Shown: positions 1-9,903, numbered from the stretch's first letter. The stretch is DNA of 64,000 nt from Candidatus Omnitrophota bacterium (GCA_043826565.1 JBDRPX010000019.1:5369-69368), one strand, 5' to 3'. Notes: generated by a model not told the origin, from the letters alone. Program-made: numbers and translations.

Positions 1-2
1 TA

Positions 3-1343
3 AAAGGGGCGGTTATCTGCGGCTTGGCCCGGTCATTGAATAAAGATATTGAAGCTGCCGGAGCGGCTTTAAAGCCGGCAAAACGCCGGCGCATTCATGT
101 ATTTTTGGCAACATCAAAAATTCACATGAAATATAAGCTTAAAAAAGCCGAAAGTGAAATTGTAAAAATCGCTCAGTCCGCGGTTAAATACGCGAGTAAA
201 TTTACCGATGATATCCAATTTTCTCCGGAAGATGCATCGCGTACGGAAAGAGATTTTCTCTTTCGGGTAATTGAGAGTGTGATCAAAGCCGGAGCAACTA
301 CGGTAAATATTCCGGATACTGTCGGCTATGCTCAGCCGGCTGAGTTTGGTGATCTGATCGCTTCAATTGGTAATAATGTGCCCAATATTAATAAAGCGAT
401 AATTGCCGTACACTGTCATAATGACTTAGGTCTGGCAGTGGCTAATTCTTTGGCGGCGATTAAAAACGGAGCCGGGCAGGTTGAATGTACGATCAACGGG
501 ATTGGTGAGCGGGCCGGAAATGCGGCTTTAGAAGAAATTGTTATGAGTTTACTTACCCGCAAGGATTTCTTTGCGGGAAAATCAACCCGGATAAAAACTA
601 AAGAGATTTATAAGATAAGCCGCCTGGTTAGTAAGTTAACCGGGTTTACGGTTGCTCCGAACAAGTCGATTGTCGGGGGAAATGCATTTCGGCATGAATC
701 AGGCATTCATCAGGATGGTGTGCTTAAAAAAAGACAGACATATGAAATCATCAGCCCGGAAACAGTTGGTTTTTACGGAGAAGGTTTAGTTTTAGGTAAA
801 CATTCCGGCCGGCACGCTTTATCCGAACGGCTGAAAGGTTTGGGTTTTACCTTGAATAAAAAGCAGCTCGAATCTGCTTTTGCCAGATTTAAAGACTTAG
901 CGGATAAGAAAAAAGAGGTATTTGAAGAGGATTTGATTTCTATTGTTGAAGAGCAGATGAAAGGTTTGCCGGAAGTCTGGAGTCTGGTGGGTTTTGAGTT
1001 CTGCGGGGGTATGCAGGTGAACCCAAAGGCGACCGTGACCCTGAAAATGAAAGATAAAACCTTTGAAGCAACCTCTTGCGGCGATGGACCGGTAGATGCC
1101 AGTTATAAAGCGATCGAAAAGATAACTAAAATAGATGCCCGGCTCAGAGATTATTCTATCCAGGCGATAACCCGGGGCAAAGATGCTTTAGGTGAGGTAA
1201 ATTTGAAACTTGAAATTAAAAAAGCGGAAGTTCCCGGACGGGGGGCAAGTACAGATATTATCGAAGCATCGGCTAAAGCTTATCTTAATGCTATTAACCG
1301 GTTTTTATTTAAGACAAAGAAAGCGCATAAAGTGAGGTTGTAA
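3..1343 (+). CDS. leuA: 2-isopropylmalate synthase (5' end outside the window)
   Basis: Frame is open from position 3. Motifs PDTVG, HCHNDLGLA, GERAGNA, HESGIHQDG, LGKHSG; C-terminal LeuA regulatory domain (GDGPVDA, STDIIEAS). Confidence 0.95.
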   Translation, partial: KGAVICGLARSLNKDIEAAGAALKPAKRRRIHVFLATSKIHMKYKLKKAESEIVKIAQSAVKYASKFTDDIQFSPEDASRTERDFLFRVIESVIKAGATTVNIPDTVGYAQPAEFGDLIASIGNNVPNINKAIIAVHCHNDLGLAVANSLAAIKNGAGQVECTINGIGERAGNAALEEIVMSLLTRKDFFAGKSTRIKTKEIYKISRLVSKLTGFTVAPNKSIVGGNAFRHESGIHQDGVLKKRQTYEIISPETVGFYGEGLVLGKHSGRHALSERLKGLGFTLNKKQLESAFARFKDLADKKKEVFEEDLISIVEEQMKGLPEVWSLVGFEFCGGMQVNPKATVTLKMKDKTFEATSCGDGPVDASYKAIEKITKIDARLRDYSIQAITRGKDALGEVNLKLEIKKAEVPGRGASTDIIEASAKAYLNAINRFLFKTKKAHKVRL

Positions 1344-1346
1344 TAC

Positions 1347-2204
1347 ATGGATCATGGGGGAGTTAAGCAGCGATACGGACTTATCGGATATCCGGTTAAA
1401 CACAGTTTCTCAGCGGCAATGCATAATGCCGCTTTTGCTCATTTAGGCATGAACGCGCAATATGAATTATTTGAAGTTAAGCCTTATGAATTACATGATT
1501 TTTTGATTTCTTTACGCGATCAGGGGGTTTTAGGAGTTAATATTACGATTCCTTATAAAGAAAAGGTCGTTACTTTTTTGGATGATGCGTCTATCGAGGT
1601 TAATGAAATAGGAGCAACTAATACTCTTGTGGTTGATAATAATGGAAAACTCAAAGGGTTTAATACCGATAGTGCCGGGTTTGCTTTCCATATCGCAAAG
1701 TTAGGGGTAAAGGTCAGCCATACGGCAATTATCGGTGCCGGCGGCGCGGCAAAAGCAGTGGCCATGGCTTTATTAAAAAACGGCGCCCGGGAAATCGCGA
1801 TTTATGATATAGATCAAAAAAAGAGCCTGGAATTAGTTAATAGAGTTAAGAGAATAAATTTTCAATGCAATGCTTATATGGTGGAGTCCATTCAGGAGTT
1901 ACAGATAAAAGATAAAAATTTCGTGGTAAATACAACTCCGGTGGGCATGAAGAAGGAAGATCCGTGTCTTCTGGAAAAAAATATGATTCATCCGGAGCTT
2001 TTTATCTATGATGTGATTTATAATCCTCCGGTTACTAAGATGTTAGAGCTTGCTAAAAATAATGGCGTGCAGTTTAGTAATGGGTTAAGGATGCTTTTAT
2101 ACCAGGGGATGCTGGCTTTTGAGCAATGGACCGGTAAGCCGGCTCCGGAAAAAGTAATGTTTGAAGCATTACAGAAAGAAGTCGGAAAATGCCAGAATTC
2201 TTAA
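1347..2204 (+). CDS. aroE: Shikimate dehydrogenase
   Basis: GYPVKHSFS, NITIPYKE, NTD, GAGGAAKA, DVIYNP, GLRMLLYQG motifs. Confidence 0.95.
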   Translation: MDHGGVKQRYGLIGYPVKHSFSAAMHNAAFAHLGMNAQYELFEVKPYELHDFLISLRDQGVLGVNITIPYKEKVVTFLDDASIEVNEIGATNTLVVDNNGKLKGFNTDSAGFAFHIAKLGVKVSHTAIIGAGGAAKAVAMALLKNGAREIAIYDIDQKKSLELVNRVKRINFQCNAYMVESIQELQIKDKNFVVNTTPVGMKKEDPCLLEKNMIHPELFIYDVIYNPPVTKMLELAKNNGVQFSNGLRMLLYQGMLAFEQWTGKPAPEKVMFEALQKEVGKCQNS

Positions 2205-2977
2205 TTAAGGTTTGTGTGTTTATCTTCGGTTCGATAATCGGAAGTTTTTTGAATGTTTGTATCTATCGGATGCCGCGGGAGCTTTCGGTAAATAAACCAA
2301 AGCGTTCTTTTTGTCCGAATTGCAATAAGCAGATCGTCTGGTATGATAATATTCCGTTTTTAAGTTATTTGCTGCTTGGCGGCAAATGCCGGTTTTGCAA
2401 AAAACATATCTCTTTTAATTATTTTTTTGTAGAATTTCTTACGGCGATCCTTTTAGTTTTTTTATATGGTTTTTTCGGAATGTCGGTCAAGTTTTTTGTT
2501 TACGGAGTTTTAAGCTGCGCATTAGTTGTCGCGACGTTTATTGATTTTGATTTTCAGATTATTCCTGATGAAATAACCCTTGGGGGTTTGGTTATCGGGA
2601 TTGTTTTAAGTATTATATTCCCGGTTTTACATGGGGCGGAATCGCGTATTGCGGCATTATTTCAGTCTGTTCTCGGAGTGCTGGCCGGAGGCGGCAGTAT
2701 TTATATGATCGGCAAAGTCGGAGAGATGACTTTTAAGAAAGAGAGTATGGGTGGCGGGGATGTTAAATTTCTGGCTATGATCGGTTCTATTCTGGGCTGG
2801 AAAATGGCTTTACTGATATTCTTTATTGCTCCGTTTTTCGGAGCTATTGTCGGAATAATTATGAAATTAAAAAAAGGCGCGGAAGTTATTCCCTATGGGC
2901 CCTATTTGTCTTTAGCAACGTTTTTAGTGATTTTATGGGGAAAAGAGATATTAAAATATCTATTCCCTATTTACTAG
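2189..2977 (+). CDS. pilD: Prepilin peptidase / N-methyltransferase (A24)
   Basis: GSFLNVCIYRMP, two CxxC zinc pairs, FIDFD, MGGGDVK, IPYGPYL. Confidence 0.93.
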   Translation: MPEFLIKVCVFIFGSIIGSFLNVCIYRMPRELSVNKPKRSFCPNCNKQIVWYDNIPFLSYLLLGGKCRFCKKHISFNYFFVEFLTAILLVFLYGFFGMSVKFFVYGVLSCALVVATFIDFDFQIIPDEITLGGLVIGIVLSIIFPVLHGAESRIAALFQSVLGVLAGGGSIYMIGKVGEMTFKKESMGGGDVKFLAMIGSILGWKMALLIFFIAPFFGAIVGIIMKLKKGAEVIPYGPYLSLATFLVILWGKEILKYLFPIY

Positions 2978-2990
2978 CGGAGGTAGAGAA

Positions 2991-4013
2991 ATGTTAAGAT
3001 TTATAAGTGCGGGAGAGTCTCACGGAGAATGTATTATGGCTATTCTGGAAGGACTGCCTGCGGGATTGAGGGTAAAAGAAGATGTGATTAATAAAGATCT
3101 TTATCGTCGTCAGCAGGGATATGGCCGCGGCGGGAGAATGAAGATTGAGACAGACAAAGTAAAGATACTTTCCGGGATAAAAGGCGGGTTGACCCTCGGC
3201 AGTCCGGTAGCCTTAATGGTCAAAAACAAGGATTTTAAAATTAATGAATTGCCTCCGATCACGGAGCCTCGTCCCGGGCACGCGGATTTGGCCGGTGCGA
3301 TTAAGTATGGATTTTCGGATATCCGGTGTGTTTTAGAAAGAGCTTCCGCCCGCGAAACAGTTATTCGGGTGGCTGCCGGAGCCTTATGTAAAATTTTTCT
3401 AAATGAATTCAATATAAATATAAACAGTAAGGTAATTAGTGTCGGCGGGCAGACAAGCAATAAAAAAATTAAAGAATTGATTGATCAAGCTAAGAAAAAG
3501 GGAGATACCTTAGGCGGGGTATTTGAAGTCATTGCGGATAATGTGCCTGTAGGCCTGGGCACTCATGTTCATTATGACCGCCGTTTGGACGCGCGTCTTG
3601 CCGGGGCGTTGATGTCTATCCAGGGTATCAAGGGAGTTGAATTTGGTCTGGGTTTTGAAGCTGCTGACCGGCCGGGTTCAAAAGTGCATGACCAGATTTT
3701 TTATTCGCAGGAAAAAAGGTTTTTTAGAAAAACAAATAATGCCGGCGGATTAGAAGGCGGAATGAGTAACGGCGAGCCGATCATTGCGCGCTGCGCGATG
3801 AAGCCGATCGCGACACTGCAAAAACCGCTGCCGACTATTGATATGAAGACCAAAAAGGAAGTTCTTGCGTCGATACAGCGCTCGGACATATCTGCGGTAG
3901 AAGCTGCCGGAGTAGTTGGAGAGGCAATGACCGCGATTGTGCTTACGGATGTGTTTTTGGAAAGATTCGGACAGGATGATTTAAGGAAAATCAAAAAAGC
4001 GTATAAGTTATAA
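2991..4013 (+). CDS. aroC: Chorismate synthase
   Basis: AGESHG, RRQQGYGRGGR, PRPGHAD, ERASARET, NNAGGLEGGMSNG, MKPI. Confidence 0.96.
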   Translation: MLRFISAGESHGECIMAILEGLPAGLRVKEDVINKDLYRRQQGYGRGGRMKIETDKVKILSGIKGGLTLGSPVALMVKNKDFKINELPPITEPRPGHADLAGAIKYGFSDIRCVLERASARETVIRVAAGALCKIFLNEFNININSKVISVGGQTSNKKIKELIDQAKKKGDTLGGVFEVIADNVPVGLGTHVHYDRRLDARLAGALMSIQGIKGVEFGLGFEAADRPGSKVHDQIFYSQEKRFFRKTNNAGGLEGGMSNGEPIIARCAMKPIATLQKPLPTIDMKTKKEVLASIQRSDISAVEAAGVVGEAMTAIVLTDVFLERFGQDDLRKIKKAYKL

Positions 4014-4081
4014 TTGAAAATTTAAAAATAATTTATATTTTGTATTTTAACAAAGTAATACTGAAATAATAAAACATGATC

Positions 4082-4218
4082 TTTGATATCACAAAAACAC
4101 GTCTTTGAACTAAGTCCGCTGCGGCATCGTGCCTTGCGGCCGCGCGTTCTTACTATTTTGACATCCTTGTCAAAATTACGTTCGAAAGCGCCGTTCAAAG
4201 AGAATTTTTGTGTTATCT
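4082..4218. mobile_element. 137-bp palindromic MITE/REP-like element, copy 1
   Basis: Aligns end to end with 63331-63467. Terminal IR GATATCACAAAAA...TTTTTGTGTTATC; inner hairpin TTTTGACA-TCCT-TGTCAAAA. Confidence 0.8.
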
Positions 4219-4266
4219 ATAGGGTATTGTTTGTAATTTGTCTATTGTATATTGGAATTTACAATT

Positions 4267-4779
4267 ATGGGTATTCCGTTAAAGCATGAAAAAGTTAGAC
4301 TGATAATCGGACTTATTGGCAAAGAGTCTTTGTTTGATGATGTAAAAAAAGTTCTTATTAAAAAATTCGGTTCAATTGATTATGAAAGCGAATGTCTGAA
4401 CTTTAATTTCACGGATTACTATAATGCGGAAATTGGTACTGATCTTAAACGAAAATTCCTGAGTTTTAAAAAATATTTCCTGCCTGAAGAACTTTCCGAC
4501 ATTAAACTTTTCACGAATAAAGTTGAGGAAAAATTTCAAGAAATGCCGGGAAAACGCCGGGTAAATATTGACCCCGGATACCTTAATTTATCCAAACTGG
4601 TTTTAGCGACCACAAAAGATCATCAGCATCGTTTATATGTGGGTAAAGGTATATTTGCCGAAGTGACCCTGCGCTACCGGGGGAAGACTTTTATGGGCTG
4701 GGATTGGACCTATCCTGATTACCAAAGCGTTGAATATATAAAAATATTTAATCATATACGCAATAATTTATTAAAGTAA
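4267..4779 (+). CDS. DUF4416 family protein
   Basis: FTDYYxxEIG, RRVNIDPGY, LVLATTK, HRLYVGKGIFAEVTL, WTYPDY. ATG at 4267 preferred over the upstream TTG, which lies inside a repeat. Confidence 0.85.
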   Translation: MGIPLKHEKVRLIIGLIGKESLFDDVKKVLIKKFGSIDYESECLNFNFTDYYNAEIGTDLKRKFLSFKKYFLPEELSDIKLFTNKVEEKFQEMPGKRRVNIDPGYLNLSKLVLATTKDHQHRLYVGKGIFAEVTLRYRGKTFMGWDWTYPDYQSVEYIKIFNHIRNNLLK

Positions 4780-4789
4780 AGAGTGATAA

Positions 4790-4950
4790 ATGGTAAAAAA
4801 TAAACAATATACAATGGACAAATTACAACCAAATTCCAATATACAAATCAACAAACTGAAATAATGCTGTGAAGTGAAATAAGTAAATTTTTTGAGTATT
4901 GGGAATTGTATATTGTTTGTAATTTGGATTTTGTTTATTGTAATTTAATA
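4790..4950. repeat. Heptamer-periodic inverted array (AAATTAC-type), near-identical to 34392-34535
   Basis: Left arm CAAATTACAAcCAAATTCCAATATACAAAT and right arm TTGGGAATTGTATATTGtTTGTAATTTGGATTTTGTTTATTGTAA are both shared with the 34.4 kb copy. Confidence 0.85.
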
Positions 4951-4954
4951 AAAT

Positions 4955-6151
4955 ATGGCAGGGCAAGAAAAATGGTTAACTGTTGAAAAAGAGGTAAATA
5001 AAGTGAAGGATGACACTCGAGCGTATTACTCCAAGAAAAAAAATAACTTATTGTTTGTGAAAGCTGGGCTTACTTTTCTGTTTTTACTGTTAATGGTGTT
5101 TAGTTTTGCAATTCCACTGCGTAATTTTATTACGGCATTCACGGAGAATTCAGTTATTGTTATTACGGTATACTCATTATTGGTTTGCTTGTTTTATGTT
5201 GTTTTTACCGGCGGAGTAAAATATTACGAAGAATTTTTTCTAAAAACTAAACTAGATCTTTCCGACCAATCCCTGACCGAATGGTTAAGGCAGGCTGCTA
5301 TTGACGAAACAATTTTTTTCAGCATTTTTTTTGTCAGCGCTCAAATGATATATTTTTTAATGGAAACACATTCCCGCTGGTGGTGGCTCTCGGCAGCGGT
5401 AATCTGGGTGTTTTTTAGAATTATCATGGTTAAGCTGGTGCCGGAATTTATCACGCCTTTATTTGCGCGGTTTCTTCCGATTAGTGATGAGGGATTAAAA
5501 AAAAGGCTTATTTTTTTAGCGGATTCTGTTAATATAAAAATTGATGATGTTTATATTATAAAAAGAGAAAAAAATGATCCGCAGGAACAAACGGTTTTTG
5601 TTGACCCCGGGGTTAAACGCCGGATCGTTTTAGGGGAGGGTGTATTAGGATATGCGCCGGAAGAAATTGAGGTTATGGCAGCGCATGAGTTAGCCCATCA
5701 TTATTATGGCCATGTTTGGAAGAAGTTAATGATAAAAGGGCTGGGAGTAGTTGTGATCTTTTTTCTTGTCGGAGTATTGTTCGGTCCGATAGCCAGGGCA
5801 TTAGGGTATGTACCGGTTACCAGTGTGGCAACACTACCGCTTTTGGCAGCTTTATTTTTTATTTTTAGTTTTCTGGCCATGCCTGTATTTAATATGTTTA
5901 GCCGGGATATGGATGCTGAGGCGGATAGTTTCGCGCTGCAATTAACCAAATCTCCGGATGCTTTTGTTTCGGTAATGATCAGAATAAGTCAGCAGGGATT
6001 TGTTGATCCAAATCCGAATCGCTTTATTGAGATGTTCTTATTTGCCGAGCCGTCGATAAATAAACGTATATTTATGGCTGAAGACTATGCTCAGGAATTA
6101 ACCTTTCATCAGAAGCGCAATCAAACTTTGGGTGAAGGTGGTCTATTATAG
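4955..6151 (+). CDS. M48 (Ste24/HtpX-like) integral membrane metallopeptidase, possibly catalytically degenerate
   Basis: Multiple TM helices, KRRIVL, HELAH; FSRDMDAEAD in place of the usual ExxAD. Confidence 0.8.
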   Translation: MAGQEKWLTVEKEVNKVKDDTRAYYSKKKNNLLFVKAGLTFLFLLLMVFSFAIPLRNFITAFTENSVIVITVYSLLVCLFYVVFTGGVKYYEEFFLKTKLDLSDQSLTEWLRQAAIDETIFFSIFFVSAQMIYFLMETHSRWWWLSAAVIWVFFRIIMVKLVPEFITPLFARFLPISDEGLKKRLIFLADSVNIKIDDVYIIKREKNDPQEQTVFVDPGVKRRIVLGEGVLGYAPEEIEVMAAHELAHHYYGHVWKKLMIKGLGVVVIFFLVGVLFGPIARALGYVPVTSVATLPLLAALFFIFSFLAMPVFNMFSRDMDAEADSFALQLTKSPDAFVSVMIRISQQGFVDPNPNRFIEMFLFAEPSINKRIFMAEDYAQELTFHQKRNQTLGEGGLL

Positions 6152-6268
6152 GATGTCTTTGGTGATGCAAAGACCTTGACAGAAAAATATTTAATATGAT
6201 ACACTGCATTTATAGTTAAAATCACAAAACAATGAAAATTTTAGATATAAAATATATTAATAATTTTT

Positions 6269-6295
6269 GGGATAAAGACGCTTTATCCCTTTTTT
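6269..6295 (+). terminator. Intrinsic terminator between the M48 gene and the ddl-like/kamA pair
   Basis: GGGATAAAG-ACG-CTTTATCCC followed by TTTTTT. Confidence 0.7.
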
Positions 6296-6370
6296 ATTAG
6301 TAATTTTAAGCATATATTAAGTATATATTAAGAAGACAAAATTGCGTAACTGATTGTGTTGTAAAATGAT

Positions 6371-7417
6371 ATGGGGGCGGGGTTGAAAATAGCACTTATT
6401 TATAATTTAAAGCGCAAAGTTGAAGACGGGATAGCTATTGATTATTTCTCCGAATTTGACAGCAAAAATACAGTAGATTCTTTATTTAATGCTCTTTGTT
6501 CTTTAGGGCATGAAGTGTCTCTTGTGGAAGCTGATAGAAATATGTTGTCCTGGCTGGGAGCGAATAAAGTTGATATTGTTTTTAATATTGCGGAATGTTT
6601 TGGCCGGGACAGGGAAGCTCAAGTTCCGGCAATCTGTGATTTTTTAAAAATTCCTTGTGTCGGCTCCGGAGCTTTAGGTCAGGCATTATCTTTGGATAAG
6701 GCCATGACGAAAAAAATATTATCTTATGAAAACATTCCTACTCCAAAATTTCAATTGTTTAAGTCTGCTCAAGAAAGCCTTAATGCTGACTTTAAATTCC
6801 CCCTGATTGTTAAGCCTAATGCGGAAGGTTCGGCAAAAGGAATAAATGTTTGTAATCTCGTAAATAACCGGGATGATCTGTTCCGGGAAATTGCCCGGAT
6901 AATCAGCCGATACAGACAGCCTGCGCTGGTCGAGGAATTTATTAACGGCCGGGAATTGACGGTTGGGGTTATCGGAAATAATGAATTAACCGTGCTGCCT
7001 ATTTTAGAAATTGATTTTAAAGGCTGCCAAAAAAGCGGTGAGCATTTTTATTCCTGGCGGATGAAAGAGTATCAGGGAAATGTTGAATTAGGACTTAATC
7101 CGGCTTTTTATTGTCCGGCGGTATTGGATCTTGAACTTAAGGCAGAAATTGAGAATATTGCCCGGCGTGTGCATGAGGTGATTAATTGCTGCGATTTTTC
7201 GCGGGTGGATATCCGTTTGCAGGAGCACACAAATATTCCCTATGTTTTAGAAACTAATTCATTGCCGGGACTGGATCCGGTAGAAAGCAATCTGACGATG
7301 ATGGCGCAAGCGGCGGGGATAGGATATTCTTCGCTGATCAGAATGATTTTAGAAAGTGCTTTAAGCCGATATCAATCAGAAAATATATATGTGCAGGCAG
7401 GGAGGGAAAACCAGTAA
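6371..7417 (+). CDS. D-Ala-D-Ala ligase-like ATP-grasp enzyme (KamA-associated subgroup)
   Basis: VFNIAE, SLDKAMTK, PLIVKPNAEGSAKGI, VEEFINGRELTV, SRVDIR, LETNSLPGL. Confidence 0.85.
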   Translation: MGAGLKIALIYNLKRKVEDGIAIDYFSEFDSKNTVDSLFNALCSLGHEVSLVEADRNMLSWLGANKVDIVFNIAECFGRDREAQVPAICDFLKIPCVGSGALGQALSLDKAMTKKILSYENIPTPKFQLFKSAQESLNADFKFPLIVKPNAEGSAKGINVCNLVNNRDDLFREIARIISRYRQPALVEEFINGRELTVGVIGNNELTVLPILEIDFKGCQKSGEHFYSWRMKEYQGNVELGLNPAFYCPAVLDLELKAEIENIARRVHEVINCCDFSRVDIRLQEHTNIPYVLETNSLPGLDPVESNLTMMAQAAGIGYSSLIRMILESALSRYQSENIYVQAGRENQ

Positions 7418-7418
7418 A

Positions 7419-8588
7419 ATGAGAACTGATCATAGCTGGCGAAAGATGGATCTGTGGAATAATGTAGCGGAAAAAGATTGGCAAAACTGGCGCTGGCAGA
7501 TCCAAAACAGAATTACCACTAAAGAGCAGCTTAAAAAAGTTATTTGCCTTACCCCGGAAGAGGAATCGGGAGTTGATGTTTTAAGCGGCCGGCTTTCTAT
7601 GGCGATCACGCCTTATTTTTCTCAGTTAATGGATCCGGAAAAAAATTATTGCGCGATAAGAAGGCAGGCGGTTCCTTTAATTGATGAGACTTTTGCCAGT
7701 TCGAATGAAAGTATTGATCCTTTGGCTGAAGACAGATATTCTCCCATACCCGGGCTTGTCCATCGTTATCCGGACAGAGTATTGCTTTTGGTCACGGACC
7801 AGTGCGCGGCATACTGCCGTCATTGTACGCGCCGGCGTTTAGTAGGGACAGAAGAAGCGGTAATAAAAGGGAAAAATTTAATCAGAGCTTATGATTATAT
7901 TCGTTCGCATAAAAATATCCGGGATGTTTTGATCTCCGGAGGGGATCCCTTATTACTTGATGATGAACGCTTAGAAGAAATTCTTATCGCGGTTCGTTCA
8001 ATTCCCCATGTTGAATTTTTGCGGATCGGGACCCGTGTTCCGGTTACTTTGCCGCAGCGCATTACTCCGGAACTTGTTGCGGTATTAAAAAAATATACTC
8101 CGTGGATATCCATACATTTTAATCATCCTAAAGAGATAACCAAAAGCTGTCAAAAAGCCTGCGGCATGCTTGCTGATGCCGGACTTCCTTTAGGCAGTCA
8201 GACGGTATTATTAAAAGGGATAAATGATCGTTTGTATATTGTAAAAAAACTTATGCATGAACTATTGAAAATCAGAGTAAGGCCTTACTATATTTATCAT
8301 TGTGATCTGGTTAAAGGTATTAGTCATTTTCGTACTCCGCTTGCTGTGGGAATTTCAATTATGGAAAAATTGAGAGGATATACTTCCGGGTATGCTGTTC
8401 CCACTTATGTATTGGATTCCCCGGGCGGCGGCGGTAAAATACCCATAGTGCCTAACTGTATAATTCGCCAGGAAAAAGGAATTTTTGTTTTACGCAACTA
8501 TGAGGGGAAAATATTTACTTACGATGATACTGCCAGCTGTAGTGAGCGAATTAATGTAAAGCCGGATATTATTTCAGAAATGGATTAA
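7419..8588 (+). CDS. kamA: KamA-family radical SAM/PLP lysine 2,3-aminomutase
   Basis: GLVHRYPDRVL, CAAYCRHCTRRR, SGGDPL, HFNHP, VRPYY, PGGGGKIP. ATG at 7419 follows the upstream stop directly. Confidence 0.9.
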   Translation: MRTDHSWRKMDLWNNVAEKDWQNWRWQIQNRITTKEQLKKVICLTPEEESGVDVLSGRLSMAITPYFSQLMDPEKNYCAIRRQAVPLIDETFASSNESIDPLAEDRYSPIPGLVHRYPDRVLLLVTDQCAAYCRHCTRRRLVGTEEAVIKGKNLIRAYDYIRSHKNIRDVLISGGDPLLLDDERLEEILIAVRSIPHVEFLRIGTRVPVTLPQRITPELVAVLKKYTPWISIHFNHPKEITKSCQKACGMLADAGLPLGSQTVLLKGINDRLYIVKKLMHELLKIRVRPYYIYHCDLVKGISHFRTPLAVGISIMEKLRGYTSGYAVPTYVLDSPGGGGKIPIVPNCIIRQEKGIFVLRNYEGKIFTYDDTASCSERINVKPDIISEMD

Positions 8589-8598
8589 TCCTGAGCCT

Positions 8599-8673
8599 GC
8601 CGCGGCTTTACTTAAAAAAGAAGGAATTCGGGTTTTAAATGTTGAGGAATTTCTCGGGATAAAAAATGACTAA
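8599..8673 (+). pseudogene. 3' remnant resembling the C-terminus of a DUF523 (2-thiouracil desulfurase-like) gene
   Basis: Reads AAALLKKEGIRVLNVEEFLGIKND*, like the DUF523 tail (TAALLxxxGIxVxxEE). No upstream start; in-frame stop at 8557. Confidence 0.45.
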
Positions 8674-9901
8674 GATGAATATCACGGATTTCTTAATTAA
8701 AAAAGCAGAGCTTAATGATCAGGATATAAATGATCCGCAGATACGCGCGCGTTACGGAAGCTTGGAGGGCTGGGTTAGCGTGCTGGCTAATCTGGTGCTT
8801 TTTATTACTAAACTTAGCGTGGGTCTTTTTAGCGGAAGTATCAGTATTATTGCCGATGCTATACATACTCTCTCTGATGTTGCTACATCAGCAGTGGTTA
8901 TTTGGGGTTTTAAAGTAGCCCGAAAACCGGCAGACAAAGAACATCCTTTCGGGCACGGCCGCATGGAAGATATAACTACTTTGATCATTGCTGTTCTTTT
9001 ATGTGTTGTCGGAGTGGAAATATTATTACAATGTGTGGAAAGGATTTCCCAGCCTCCGGAAGTTAAAGCTAATATTTTTATATTCATTGTTCTGGCGGGG
9101 TCGGCAGTGGTAAAAGAGTGGATGGCCCGGTTTTCGTTTTCACTCGGAGGAAAAATAGATTCCTCGGCGCTTAATGCCGACGGATGGCATCACCGAAGTG
9201 ATGCTATATCAACTATTTTAGTAATTATTGCGGTTATTTGTTCGATGTTTAAGCTGTTTATTTTTGATGCGCTGCTTGGCGGTGTAGTTGCCGCTTATAT
9301 AATATATACCGGGATAAGATTGGTTAAAGAGGCAAGTACTCATCTTTTGGGTAAAGGTATTGATGAGAGTCTGCGGGATAAGATCAGGACTATTGCGGTG
9401 TCTGTAGACGGAGTTGAAGGAGTCCATGATATTGTGGCCCATGATTATGGTACGCATAAAGCGATTTCTTTGCATGTGGAAGTAGCGCGTTCTTTAAATT
9501 CTGTAGCCGCGCATCGCATCGCGGCTACTGTGGAAACCCGGCTGGCAAAAAATATAGTATCGAGTCCGATCGTGCATATTGACTTAAAGCGTAAAAAAGG
9601 AAAAAATGTTACCTCGGAAATGATGACTTTAAAGTCGGTTATTAAGAAATATCCGAAAATAATTCATTATCACGGAGTGCAGATGTCCAGCACCGAAAGC
9701 GGGGATTTTCTAAACTTACATATTGTTATTCCCCGGGATATGAATATTGAACAATCCCATGAACTGGAGCATCAGGTAAGAGAGTCTTTACAGCCGTATT
9801 TTAAAGATTTTACTATTAACATGCATGTAGAGCCTTGTAATGCAAAATGCGCTTTGTGCTCTCAGTCGTGTAAACAGTCAGTCAGAGAGCAGAGGGCATA
9901 A
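8666..9901 (+). CDS. Cation diffusion facilitator (FieF-like) with tandem C-terminal dimerisation domains
   Basis: ADAIHTLSD, PADKEHPFGHGR, ADGWHHRSD; two HDxxxxxG...LH(V/I) domains; terminal CxxxCxxCxxxC. Confidence 0.9.
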   Translation: MTKMNITDFLIKKAELNDQDINDPQIRARYGSLEGWVSVLANLVLFITKLSVGLFSGSISIIADAIHTLSDVATSAVVIWGFKVARKPADKEHPFGHGRMEDITTLIIAVLLCVVGVEILLQCVERISQPPEVKANIFIFIVLAGSAVVKEWMARFSFSLGGKIDSSALNADGWHHRSDAISTILVIIAVICSMFKLFIFDALLGGVVAAYIIYTGIRLVKEASTHLLGKGIDESLRDKIRTIAVSVDGVEGVHDIVAHDYGTHKAISLHVEVARSLNSVAAHRIAATVETRLAKNIVSSPIVHIDLKRKKGKNVTSEMMTLKSVIKKYPKIIHYHGVQMSSTESGDFLNLHIVIPRDMNIEQSHELEHQVRESLQPYFKDFTINMHVEPCNAKCALCSQSCKQSVREQRA

Positions 9902-9903
9902 TT

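Noticed and set aside
4083-4289. Short ORFs 4083-4289, 63304-63576, 63403-63591, 10859-11098 and the many antisense ORFs in the track
   Set aside because: They lie over palindromic repeats or opposite well-supported genes, with no RBS or recognisable motifs
8666-9901. Magnetosome MamB/MamM
   Set aside because: No other mam genes; generic FieF-like CDF
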